Source of the DNA: Phoronis australis
Lineage: Eukaryota; Animalia; Phoronida
Direction: 5' to 3'
Length of the DNA: 64,000 nucleotides
Assembly (NCBI GenBank): GCA_002633005.1
Contig: NMRA01000011.1
Coordinates: 1,990,477-2,054,476, forward strand
Shown here: one piece after another, positions 1 through 12,789 of the stretch
Layout of the letters: each line of letters opens with the position of its first letter
How positions within the stretch are numbered: position 1 is the first letter of the stretch
Notes under the pieces: generated by a model
Told to the model about the DNA's origin: nothing
Seen by the model: the letters and a program-made list of their open reading frames with translations, nothing else
Database searches by the model: none
Made by a program: the position numbers and the translations under genes

Positions 1-2009
1 GCTGTATGAGTGACCAAATGAATAATGGGATGGAGGATTATAATTGTGCAGGCACTGCCTAGTTGTGCACAATAATAAGGGGTAATAAATACAAATAAAT
101 AGGGGCAATAAAATACAAACAAATAGAACAATAGATACATTCCTGGTGCCAGAAAATAGAACTTGTGCCTCTCAGGCTTAAGAAGCAATACTGAATTGAA
201 GAGCATTGAATCACATGAAAGGGAATTATGCAATGACAACAGGGACTATAATCCAAGAAACTCAGCAACTGTGCTAGCTAACCCACTAAGATTGTATCAC
301 CCAATAACCTTGGCTACCATGCTAGGTGACCTTCGAGCACGATAACGCTTCATAAATGATCTTCCTCCCCAGATTGTAAGAAAATGCCCAGTGACAAAGG
401 TGATCCAGGAAAGTGATTGAATACACCGCGCAAGCGCAAAGCTAATGCCGACTACGACAAGTGTGGTGGTGCATTGGTTGGGTTCACTACTTTATAAGTC
501 TCATGGATGGCGAAGGCATTCATAAGACGACCCTGGAATGCTCAGCCCATCTAGTTTTTAATTGATGAAATAAATTATACTAAACCATACGTAAAGAAAC
601 AGTTACCTGCAAATGATTGACTATATTGTAAATATACACATTCCAAAACACCGTAATTGCCTCCTTTTCATTGCTTTGTCCTAAATATGCAAATTATATT
701 GACCAGGGGACCAAAATAGGTAGTGCGATTGGCCGTAACACGGCATGGCAGTCAGTGGACGATGTGGCCGAGTAAATTGTACTGGTACTGAGATACTCGT
801 AATGTATCTACAGCAAGAACAAAACGAAAAAGCTATTTTAACTTATTTTACGCTAAACAAAGTGTAGTTGAATTCATTGACGATTTGTAAAATGTGAAAA
901 CAAAAAAATCTGCAAATAAGGGACCTTTGCACTAATGATGTACTTCACGGGCTCACATTGCCCACATCATGCAGTGTTGTTCCTCAGCACTGCATCACTA
1001 TACTTACTGGACATGGTTTAGTGATTTGTGACGGATCATTTTCGCCATAGAAATTGTTCTTAAAAACATTTTGCCATTTTCAACCTACTTCATATTCTCA
1101 TCCTCGCTATATGTTGTGTTTCTAACTAATTTGGCCTCTGAGATAAGGAATTAGCATGCAAGTTCCATTTTAAGTTTAGTCAATATGATACTTTCATTGT
1201 CAAGGATCAAATTTCTTAAAGCAGCAATTCACTCTCGTTTTTCTGTATAAAAATCGAAAATTAAATTAGGTCTTCCACTCTTACAAAATATACGTTACTT
1301 TCCATGACAGGAATCTTACAAAATATTTAAACCAATTAGAATCTTGAGAAAAGGCTTCAGGGTTTATTTGGTTGTCCAATCTTAAACTATAGATTTGAAA
1401 GTATGGCATGTATGCATTACCGGCACATTCAATAATATTTCGAGATCAAGTGAGTGTGGTAATGTTCATAATCTTGTGACCGTTTTTACTTCAAAAACCT
1501 TAGAGATTGACATGATTTCTAGAAACATATTTTCAATATGATAACTCCTAGATTCTGTTTCTTTATTCTATAAACAACAATATCTTGTCTAGGATTTAGA
1601 CCACTGATAAGTACTGAATAAGACTATGACACTCTTAATGACCCTGCCCCTCGTTGGTCTTTTCAATAGTTTATACACTGGACAATATCTAAGTGGGTAA
1701 AATGTCCACCTGAAAGAACAGACCTACCTGAAATAATAATTACCCACCTAGGTCAGGTTTCATGCTGCTTCCAGCTCCTCTCTAATGAGAGCCCTAGTGG
1801 CCCACCTGAGACAACACCTGAGATTGGAAAATAATTGCCCAATGTGATACCACAGGTACCAAACTCGGTGGAGATACTCATCTGAGACAATATCTGATTA
1901 TTAGAGTTGAGATGCACCAAGTGATGTTTAAAACAACTGTAGAATTTTCCTGACTCCACCAAAAGGTGGCACTGCTAATCTTAGCACCAATGCATAGCAG
2001 TTGTCATAG

Positions 2010-2520
2010 AGGCAAGTGAGTGGGCTGCAGGATAGCCATGTTTTAGTTTCCCCCATACTCTGCCAATTTCTGGCAATGTGGGTGGGCTGTATTGCCATAT
2101 GTCATAGCCTGCCGCATACTCTGCCAAGCTCTGACAATGTGGGTGGGGTGTATTGCCATGTTGAAGCCTGCGCCGTTCTCTGCTAAGCTCTGACAATGTG
2201 GGTGGGCTGTATTGCCATGTCGTAGCCTGCCCCATACTCTGCCAATCTCTGACAATGTGGGTGGAGTGTATTGCCATGTCTTAGCCTGCCCCATACTCAG
2301 CCAAGCTCTGACAATGTGGGTGGGCTGTATTGCCATGTCTTAGCCTGCCCCATACTCAGCCAAGCTCTGACAATGTGGGTGGGCTGTATTGCCATGTCAT
2401 AGCCTGCCCCATACTCTGCCAAGCTCTGACAATGTGGGTGGGCAGTATTAGAGCCATGTCTTGGCCTATCCCATGCTCTGCCAAGCTCTGGAATGGGAGT
2501 GGGCTGTGTAGCCATGCCTT
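2010..2520. repeat. Minisatellite, 59-bp unit, about 8 copies
   Basis: Unit ctctgacaatgtgggtgggctgtattgccatgtc(a/t)tagcctgccccatactctgccaag recurs at 2129, 2188, 2247 and onward. Central copies are near-identical and edge copies are degenerate. Confidence 0.95.
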
Positions 2521-3495
2521 AATCAGTCTCATATTCTGTCAAGGGGGAGGAATGTGGTCATGGTGTAACCCTAGAGGGACCTGGGAGGGAGAGGTGAGTG
2601 TACATCGTGGAACTCTCACTGTTGATTTGTGATGAAACAGTGTGTGATGACAAGCTCTGAAACAAGAAAGACTCAACTACCACGTCACATACTCAGTAGT
2701 TGATGCAAATGTGTGACTTAACTTAAGAGAAAAATGAATCAGACAAAGTGATCATCACAGGTTGTAGTGACTAGAATGGTTATGTCACTGCTACAGTGCT
2801 ATTACATATTATCGGACAACTTCAAATCAAAGATGGTTTGCACTTTAGTGTAATAAACTCCTTATCAGTGGTCATAAATTTGAAACCCACTTAGCAACTC
2901 ATTCAAAGACCTTTTGTTTTAAAATTCTTGATTAAGGGAACTTGTAGTATTGCAGCCCTATTTGAAGTCACATTGGTTTTCCAAGCTTTACTTGGTGATT
3001 CCCACGTGGAAATGCTATTCATGAGGCCGTTCTGTTCAGTTAGCTTGGTACTGTCTTTTTGTGAAAAAATGTATTTTTTTACTTTTATTATAGATTTTTT
3101 TTACAAAAACAGCATATGGACATTCTTTAGAGTTTTTGCACGAACTTTATGATTTGGGTTTTAAAGTAATGAGTTTGCAAAAGACAGACAAACAGAATGC
3201 TGGGAACAAAAGATAAGACAAAGTTTGAAACACCGTTACCATAGCAGTGGTCAATATTATACTTTATTGAGGCTGTTAAACTGGTTTAATCTGTCCACAT
3301 CAGTTTGAGTAAAAAGTCACCAGTCATTACGTCTAAACATAATATTTGTGTTTTTATGCACCATTTCATGCTAGGCCAATATTTCTGTCTGGGCTTCTGG
3401 CGAGTACTGAGCCTGCATCTCCTATACCTCTTGTAGGATTTTAATGAGATTTTTCAGATGTGTTTCTATGATGCTGGCAACAAATGGCGGCCAAT

Positions 3496-3680
3496 AGCGG
3501 ATTTGCAGCGCAAACGAATTACGCATTGCGCATGTGCGAGTTACTTCNCAAGTGTAAGTTTTCTTCGCGCTCATACCACGTATTATGCTTGTTACTATGG
3601 CTGCTTTCGGAATCCTGACCACAGCACCCACAATGCACCATTTTAACATAATTTCAATATGGCGTCGCTGCAAATCCGCT
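3496..3680. mobile_element. Short MITE, probably PIF/Harbinger-like
   Basis: Perfect inverted ends (aat)agcggatttgcagcg ... cgctgcaaatccgct(att). An N at 3548 means the internal length is uncertain. Confidence 0.6.
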
Positions 3681-6600
3681 ATTTCAAACTGATCTGACTA
3701 CCACTGCCTTCACCGGCAATTTAAGTTTTTAGCGAGAACTTCAGAGTTTCTTGACTAATTTTTTTGTGATAGTCGACAGATTCAAAAAAGTTTCTATTAC
3801 CAAGACAGCAATGCACAGTAATTTTGGAAGGACATGACGTGGTCTGTGCCACTTAGTGTCCCATTTCCTTTTTTTGAGAGGCCTGTTTTTGGCATCCGCC
3901 TCTATCCTCCGAACTGCTTGAAGGAGCATTATTACATTTGGTATATTTGTTTCTGTCGTAATTTTATTATTGTTATGTTTGCGGCTTTATGTTGTAAGTA
4001 TTAGCGGGATCTTTGTGAAATTTAGACAAGTGCTTTTCTATGAATATGACTACTGTTGACTATGACTTGTATATGGATCTGACTACTGAATCACCGATGT
4101 GCCCCCAAGTAGCATTTTCAATATTCTTACATTTGCATCAGTATCTTTGTAGTTCCTTGATAAATATTCATGAAATTCGGCAATTAGGTTTGTACTAAGG
4201 AGACTATGAAGTGGTTTCATTTGCTCATGGATTGAATGGATTTTGTGGCACCCTGAGTATCCATATTTATTGTTTTTGAATCTGTTTTTTGCGCGTTATC
4301 TACTTAAGTCTTCCATCAAATTTGGCTAATAGGTTTCTGTTACTATAACTATTACAGTGCCTTTCAATTTTTGGATAGATTTGATGATTTCTGTGCCACC
4401 TAGTGGCCTTTTTATTATTTTTCTGAGTCAAATGCTGTTGTTCGTTGTCTGCCTCGGTGTCCGTCAAGCCAGTCAGAGGATCAGTATGAAAATCAGCAGA
4501 TGTGATCCACTTGTGAAGGGAATAACTGGTTTTGGGATGGGTCTGGTTACTGCTGCACCTCCTAGTGGCATTTTCTTGCATATGATACAGCTGTATCTCC
4601 TAAACCCCTTGCAGGATCTTAAAAAAGTTAGCAAGAACTGGAGAGCAGATGACTTTTGTATGAATTTGATTATCTGTGCCTACTAGTAGCAATTTGATTT
4701 TTACATTTGTTAAACGGTAAAAACTCCCAAATTTAGGACAGTCTCCTGAATTTCAGACACCTAAATTTGACAAAAATTTGGGACATGGTCGACTTTGGCA
4801 TTGACCATATTTCTTAAATTTGGGAATATAGATTTTTCGGCATTGGCCGTATTCTCACATTTCGTACGGTGCGCTTTTTCACATGATCAGGAGCTGAATG
4901 TAAGTCTGAAAGTTCGTTGAGTAGAGGTGATTTTTTACACATCGTTTAAAACTACCGTGGGTGTAATGTATTACCGGGTAACTGATGTTGCAGTATATAG
5001 TTATCGATGTCGATGGTTGTTTGTGAATATCTCGCATTCTCCTTTAAGTACTGGAGATGATAACGATTTCCCATTTTCAAACAGGTTTAATGTATTTTGC
5101 ACCATCTAGTGGCCATTTTATGACACTATTAAACACCCCAAGAAGCATATACTGCCCGTGCTGCTGCTGTGGGTTCATTTCAACACGTTGTGTTGCACAT
5201 GCAATACGATATGGCAGTCCTGTCTCATGCCATTAAGTAGAATTAAGTAACTTCCATTTAACCTCCTGATAGTGGAGAAAGAAGCTTGCTCTCAACAGTG
5301 TACCAGTTCAAGCTTTGGTTCTTGTTTCCAATTTGCTCGGCCTTTTTGCTGTCTGTATACAAGGCGTGATTAAGTGTTGATTTTTGAAGTGGCATTAAAT
5401 GTTTTATTTTAAAATTGCATTTCATTCTGTTTAGATTGCTAAAAACGAAAATTGAACCTGGCCTTATATTCATAAAATCAGTCTTGTGGTATTCTATTTC
5501 CATTTCCAACTTAAGTCACAGGCAATGTGTACCTGCACCACTTTCGAATTCGAAATTTTAATGTTGGCAAATTCTTCGAGTCATTGATAGTTTTGATTTA
5601 CTTGATGGTAACGGAAATCATGTCTTTTTATGATAAGGATTGTGAGACCATTTTATGAGCTTAGGTGGCAAAAATGTATTTTGTGTTTTTTAGCAGCTAA
5701 ACTTGGTGAAATGTAGTTAGGTAATGATAGGTTGTGTAAGCCTGTATATGACATTATAAAATCAATAAGGTTGCCAAATCCACAAATGACATAAAATTCA
5801 ATAAGAGTTTGTGTAATAGCTGGCTTGGGTGACTAATATTTCTCTGACCTCTTCTGTTTATCAAGGTCATTGTACCTGAACATTACTTGCTGCTTGGTGA
5901 TTAATTGACAATGAAGGAGCAGTATAGATGGAGATAATTGTTATAAATGGAACATACTACTTTTTTCCAGTCACCAGTTTATCTTTTCTCAGGTGTACTT
6001 TTGGCCTTGGCATAAATATCAGAGTGAAAGATTCTTTGTAAAATTGTAATGTCTTGCAGTTGCACGTTTTCCTGTCAATGAAAATTTGTTGATTGCCCCA
6101 TGGATAACTTTCTACTTCATATTTTGCACATTAACTGAAACTTACCTGCTCGACTATGCATTAAGTATTTTTTTATGCGTCTCTTGTTAAGGAATAAAAG
6201 CAAAACTACAAAAGTGAGGCGCCGTTAGGTGGAGTTGTGAATACTATGATATAGCTAAGCATAGCGTATTTATGAGCCAGTCCAGTCATGAGTTGGTGAT
6301 CTCAACGTAATGAGTAGAACAAAACTCTTTCTAGACTTACATCTACAGTGATGACATCTCCCCCTGAGCTGCAACTAATGTTTAATTGTTTATTGATGTA
6401 AATAACGCTTATCTCTGTGGCTGCAAAAAGGTGTAAAATTAATCTTTCATTGCTTGACTGCTTTCATACTTACCTGGAAAAACAAACTCGTTAAAATAAA
6501 TTGATGTGCCTGCGTTTTTTTAAATCCAAGGTGTTGTTTACAACTTTTTTGTGGCCTTGTTTTCTGTTGGCAGTAAACTATGCAAGACTGATCTTAGTTT

Positions 6601-6874
6601 TATAGAACATTCACTGTCCAATGGGGAACCCTCATTCTGTTGTCATGGTAACATTTCAGTTTGCACACTGGATTGCCTTTCAGCTGATAAGACCTTGAAA
6701 TGCATTTGTCTGTTCATTGTTATGCTGACTCTCAGGGGCACACATGTTAAAGGAGGCTGATTTGATTGTGTCAAGTAGGCTATGCCAAGAGCTGTTCATT
6801 CATTTAAGTAGTCATTTGGTTACCGTGACAACTTTGCTATTCACCTATCCAGGTGATTATATCTATACCAGGCA

Positions 6875-6989
6875 ATGGCTAAGAAAAATGGTGCATCTGT
6901 TCTGACCAACCTTGTTAAAGGGCGGCTGAATGAGGATTTCGAGGTGCCCACTAGGGTTGTGAAAATTTACATTTGCTCCTCTTACACAG
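6875..6989 (+). CDS. NWD1/NWD2-like (NACHT and WD-repeat protein) coding exon 1: MAKKNGASVLTNLVKGRLNEDFEVPTRVVKIYICSSYT
   Basis: ATG at 6875 follows an acceptor (ccag/6853). The frame is open to a canonical donor (ag/GTAAGT, 6990), phase 1. L..G.L...P.RVVKIYICSS.TD matches the start of the NWD-family DUF4062-like domain. Not in the ORF track. Confidence 0.85.
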
Positions 6990-9900
6990 GTAAGTCAGTA
7001 CCATTGAGCAGTATTGGGTAAACTATTGTTATGCTAACCTACTGACATATTGCTGGTGATGCTTGTTGCTGTTTTAATTTGTGTAGACTAAGCTCAAGCG
7101 GTGAGATTTTGATCTGACCTGTTAACTCTCTTGACATTCTGTTGTCGATAAGAATGCAGTGGTACCATTTAACTATAAGTTGCATTAAAATTGTGATTAT
7201 TGATTTGATGACGTAACTGTGTGGTGTTCCAGCTGATATTTCCATCATAATGAATTTTCATCATCAATACTCTGACAGATTCAGCTTTCATCATTTGAAT
7301 GCTTGAAGTGGTCGCAATATCTAAACTAAAATTGTGAAAACTTATGAGTACTTCTTGGGCTATTTTGCCTTAATTGGGAAACTGTTACAATCTTTCATTA
7401 GCATTTTATTTCCACTTGAGAATGAAACAAGTATGTTTTGAAATATCGTGTGTCTTAATCATATCTCTTGGTCAGTTGCTTCACCAAAGTTCTGTTGAGT
7501 TTAGTACTTTGTTCCGAGGATACAAATGGAAGGGAATAAAGACTGTTAATAACAACAAGTATCGTGTATTTAATCACTTTTGCATATCGGAAAACTTGCT
7601 TCCGAAGTACAGCCATTAGCAGTCTGAATACATAATATCCATCAGGGCTACATTTTCAGCTAAATGGTGCAATATTACTTACATTTGCTTAAGCTCAACA
7701 TTAACATGTTCCTATAAAATATTGAGTATTTGTTGCCAACTTCAAGGTAGCTTTCGTTGATCGTTCTCAAAGTTCTCTCATGCGCGTTTTCCCCGCATAC
7801 ATTGTCCCCTCTTTCATCACTTTTTATGCCTCCTGAACATGTTTCTTTGCATGCGCACAGACCAACCCTGCCCCTGCACATTAGATCAGTGCTGTCTTAC
7901 TCTGGACAAGCTCATCCATCATACTGCCACACTACATGATGACAGAAGCTAGAATGTTGATGTTAAAATAAATTTATGAGATGAGTCCATGGAATTTACT
8001 AGTTTCTGGTAATATGGCATAAACATGCACACCCATACATGCTTACCACTGAAATATACATGGTTTGTTTGCGTCCAATGTATTGTTGAGCACAAACTGA
8101 GTTGAGTTACATGAATCCTCTGTATCCTTAAAGCTGTATTTTGCATAGTTTTTAGGCGGCTAAAACAAAAAAATAATTTTGGCCCTTACCATAATACCAG
8201 TCACCCTACATTCCTTACTATAATTGTACACCATTTCTGTTACCAACTCAGGGGCTGCTTGCATTGTAGGATTGGCTAGTACATTTATCAAAAGCATAAA
8301 TGATCACTTGGCATTGCTAATTTGATGCCTGATATTACAAGATAATGTCATGTCTGAAAATACTGCACGACAGTGTTTACTTGTGCTCAAGTAAATGCTG
8401 CTGTGTGTGGTTTGTTATGCTCATGCTGTAAAGAAATTGCTTTAAAGTTACCCCAGGTGTTCTGCAGTACTCTTACAGGGGCTATCCTGGGCAACTGGTG
8501 TCCTGGATAACAGGTGTGCTCGCAAATTGCAGATCCAGTAGTCCTTAAGCTATTGATCATCAAATTACTCAACTTATCAAACTGTACTACTGAGGTTAAA
8601 AACCTGCATCACCCCCATATTATCAAATGATTATTCAGTACAGACTGATCAATAGGCTTATCTCCATCAAATTTTGTTTTGGAACAATTTAGGAATTGCT
8701 ACACCGATTTGTTGGTTCATAAGTAGGCCAAAGAATTTATTGGCCCTGGTCCGAAGATCATTTTCAAACATGTTTTTTATATCATGGCACACATGCCATC
8801 TTTGAGCTTGTTTTGTGGTGGCAAGTTCATGTTCCTAATTACAGTAATTGAGGCCATGGAGTCGGAATGGAGCCTGAATATATTGATTGATTCTATGGAA
8901 AGTGCCACCCCTGATTGTGATTGATTTAGTTCGAAATTTAGGATATGGGAAGCAACAATTTTTGATGTTACCTCTGCTAACAGAACGGGTTCTTATATAT
9001 TCCCTTGTCATGCCTCACCTTCCCATGCAACAATATTTCCGCGGAAAAAATCGGATTTGCCATAAAATTTCCGCAGTAAATTGGTTTCTAACTGCGGCGT
9101 TGCCGACGACTCAAAAAGGGGAAACTGCTTTTTATGTTTTGGAGGAACAAAAAATCGTAATTGCTAGGGCACCTGGGATTGTGTGGTTCATCAATGGCGT
9201 CTGCATATGGTATTAATTGTGGTGACAAATAGTATGATTCTGCAGCCAAAAATGCATGGTGCTTGGAGTAGACAGAATATTTCATAGAAAAAGTGTATAA
9301 GTAAAAGAAACTGTGTTCGCAAACAACAAAGGTCTGGGTTTACGCTCTGTAAACGTTGACAGAGGGACAATTACGGCGTGCGTGGCCAAATTGCGAAGAA
9401 GCACTTGAAAAGGATGAAACACAAGAAAGAAAAACGCTTTCTGAAAGGAAATTCAATCGTAACCAGTAATTCGTTGGATTGGAATTATGGGATGTGAGTG
9501 ATGTATGAAATTCTTTTGTTTGACCCAACTGCAATCCCCCAAATGTGTTTTAAGTTGACGTTGATGTATTCCAATTTATTTTGACATTTTCACGTTTTAT
9601 TTTTGTTAAAAAGTCTCATTTTGACCGACTTGAGTTTTGCAGTTCAAAAAGGAAGTGGTCATGTGGCAGGTTCTGAATGATCTGATTGGTCCAAGCCATT
9701 GTTTACAAATTCTGCTTGCCTATTTTGGGTGTCCTTGTAGTTATTTCTTATGTCACATAGTTTGTTCTACACCAGTGTGGCTTATGAACAATTATCTCCT
9801 GTAATTACTGTTTTAAACTGAAAGTTTGGCCAACTTAGGATTGTGATTGATGTGTTCTATAGTTTAAAGTATCTTGTTTTTGACTTTCATCATTTTTTCC

Positions 9901-12789
9901 ATGCTAATAGTTGGGGTATGAGCCACAGGTTTTAGTCTTGACTTTTTCCATTGTGTGAGAATTAAATTTTTGTTGGAATTAAATGTGTATGTATTTCAGG
10001 CTTTCCAGATAATCTGGGTCAGTTTTATTTTTTTTATAATTTTGTATGGTAATTATGCTGCAAATCAAGGATAACCTTCTGTCACTCACATTGCAAATTT
10101 TGCATCATTATCTTTATTATTTTAACTTTTTATGTCTTTTGTTGCATCTAATTGCTTTCATTATTGCTGACATAGATGTCAGATACTGCTTGAAATGAAT
10201 GCGTTTTGCCAACACGACACAGTTACAGGGCATCTTGTGATAATAATGTTTATTTTCGATATGTTGAGGTATGGTTGTTTAGATTGCAATGTGTCTTTGG
10301 AGCAGTAAAAATTTTCCCCGTTTTTGTCATGGGTCATTACAAGCCCCATTATTTGCTGTTGTCTAATTCGTTGCAAGTTTTTCTAGGGTGCATTAATCTG
10401 TTCGTCCTTTCAATGACATCGAAATATTACTGCTGTGCTTTGGGCTGCATTTACTTCAATGTGAGAAAGTTTGATGAACTGGACAGATACCCGTGGATGC
10501 GTGGTGTGAAATTGACCTATCGGAAGCTCCGCCCCCTTGCATAATGTTGACTAACAAACAATAAGTTTTACCCAGTAGCGTGTTGTTTGTCGGGTAAAAT
10601 GGCGGCTTGGAAACGAAGGTGTGTCAATCATGCTGCGTTCTAAATGGTCAGTTAAGCTGTCACTCAAAATGCTGGCGATAGGTCAATTCTTCGCCTTCCT
10701 GACATCAATGAGAGATACGAACGAAAATGTGCCTGATGTCCAAAACGAGGTCTCACACTTTTTTATCTACAAGACAAAGGAGTGTTCTGTCGCTGTGCAA
10801 TCGGGGACGGTCCTATTGATAGGACTGGTTTTGGGTGGCTGGAATGATGAAGGCCCAAAATTACCTGAAGACACTGCTTTGGCATGGAACCAGCGCTTCT
10901 GAGTGAACTGGTCTGTTCAGTTTCCCCTCCTTAAATTTTAAGAAAAAAATATTTTGCAGCAATCTTTTTGGTGGTCTGTTAGTACTGTCTTCCAAATAAA
11001 AGCATTGTTAAATCATTTCTGGATGCAAACCTTTCTAAACTTATTTTCAAAATCAAAAAGTAAGTCATCTCTGATGTTTCCAAAGGTGTATTTATTGTTG
11101 CAAGTAATTTATCCCGTATTTATTATTCTCGGACATTCTAAAGATGGAAGTGTCATACACTAGTTAATTATGCCGTGATCCCTGAGAACTTGCCATGTGT
11201 GCTGGAACTGAACCGAACTGAAAAATTTTTCTGACCAACTGCTTCCCTAGTCTTTTTCATGAAAAAATTTACATCGGAATTTACAGACACGATGGTGTGC
11301 ATAGTCTATGAAAAGCTTAAAGGCTGTGAATCACCGTCGTAAAAGTATGGAGCTGCCTAACTCTTGCCACCATAACTATGTCAGTCTGCCATCTTCCGTG
11401 ACATCGCACCTTCACAAACGAATTTCCCTGCTACTGCTGGCTACTTTTACAAAAAAATGTAAAGTTAAACCCGCCTAAATGACCAAATTCTGATGACATC
11501 ACCTGCGACTAGGTTGGAAAATAAGTGGAAGCTGTGCCTATCAACAAGTTTGCTCCAATCTAGGAATGTCTCTCAACCACTCATACAGCATTGTATTGAC
11601 CACGGAAGCATAATGAAATACTTCAGCATTTTTACAGCATTTTTACAGCATTTTTGCAGCATTTTTGCATTCGCGATTGGTTTGAGGTGACTGAACATGT
11701 GTACCTTGTGCTCCAATCTGTGAGTGAAAAACGTGTATAGTGATGTCGTTTTCAGACATTTACATCGAGAATCGAGTGCTTAAAGCTTTTTGTGTAGCAG
11801 TCGTGATTTCTTATCGCATTCTTGGTTGTAAGGTTTAAAAAGATTCGTGTTGCACTGTGGCGGTGTTTTGTTGAGTTTGATTATAGTCTACTGCTGTACT
11901 GATTGCGCATTTACCTGCATATTTCCTCAACAGGTGGATGGGCCTGCATAATTGAAATTTGAATTTCGTAGTATGTGCATGATTATAGGATAATTCATTC
12001 AATATTCACTACTGGAAATGTGTCTGTAGGTCAATACAGTTTGTGTGGTAAAATCAACTTTGAGCTTTGAGTTGCATTCCACCAGCCAGTGGAAAACTCG
12101 AAAGTGCATCGCCAGTGGACTCTTCATCGCAGGTTTCGTTGTTGTCCTATTCCCATCTGATTATGATGAAGAATTATTCTTCTGATCAGGGTGTGAGCTT
12201 GTTCATCTACAAGTTGGGACACAGCACTATGTACTACCACATTACAAGTGCGCAGACTCATTCATGTGTTTGCCAGTCTCACCATTTGATTTTTAGCAGT
12301 GTTAAGCACTGAGTGGATTTTGCCTGCTCATGCAGTTGTTTAATGTTATGCATTTTATCCCTAAAATTAGCAAGGTGGGCCCCAACATCTGAATTGACCT
12401 ACTCTTGTGAAGTGACAGAAATGCGAGCTTGAAGGATCATTTTTTTAGTCCACTGACCCTCAGCTTCAGTAGGTTTTATGAGTAAAGCAAGTCATTCCTG
12501 GATGACAACCCTACTGCTTACTGCATGGCCTGATGGGTGGTCTGCTCTTAGTATACTTTAAGGGCTGAGCTTGATATTAGTACAAAACATTAGTTTGGCT
12601 ACTTGAGGCAGTAACAGTTTGGAGGTTAACTTATGGCTATGGCAGGGGGGAGGAGGCAGAGGGTATTAATGGTAACGGGGGAGGAGGTTATTCCCCTCAC
12701 GCGAAAAAATCCAATATCAGAAGGTACAGACACCGTTCCCCTTAAATAGGCAGGGACCTTGAGTTTGTGGATGCAAAAACATGTTTTAA

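Noticed and set aside
1-560. Possible retroelement (DIRS/LTR-like) terminal fragment
   Set aside because: No RT, recombinase or terminal-repeat evidence is visible within the window.
2010-2520. CRISPR-like array or repetitive protein
   Set aside because: Units are contiguous with no unique spacers, there are no cas genes, the context is eukaryotic, and a 59-bp unit does not preserve frame.
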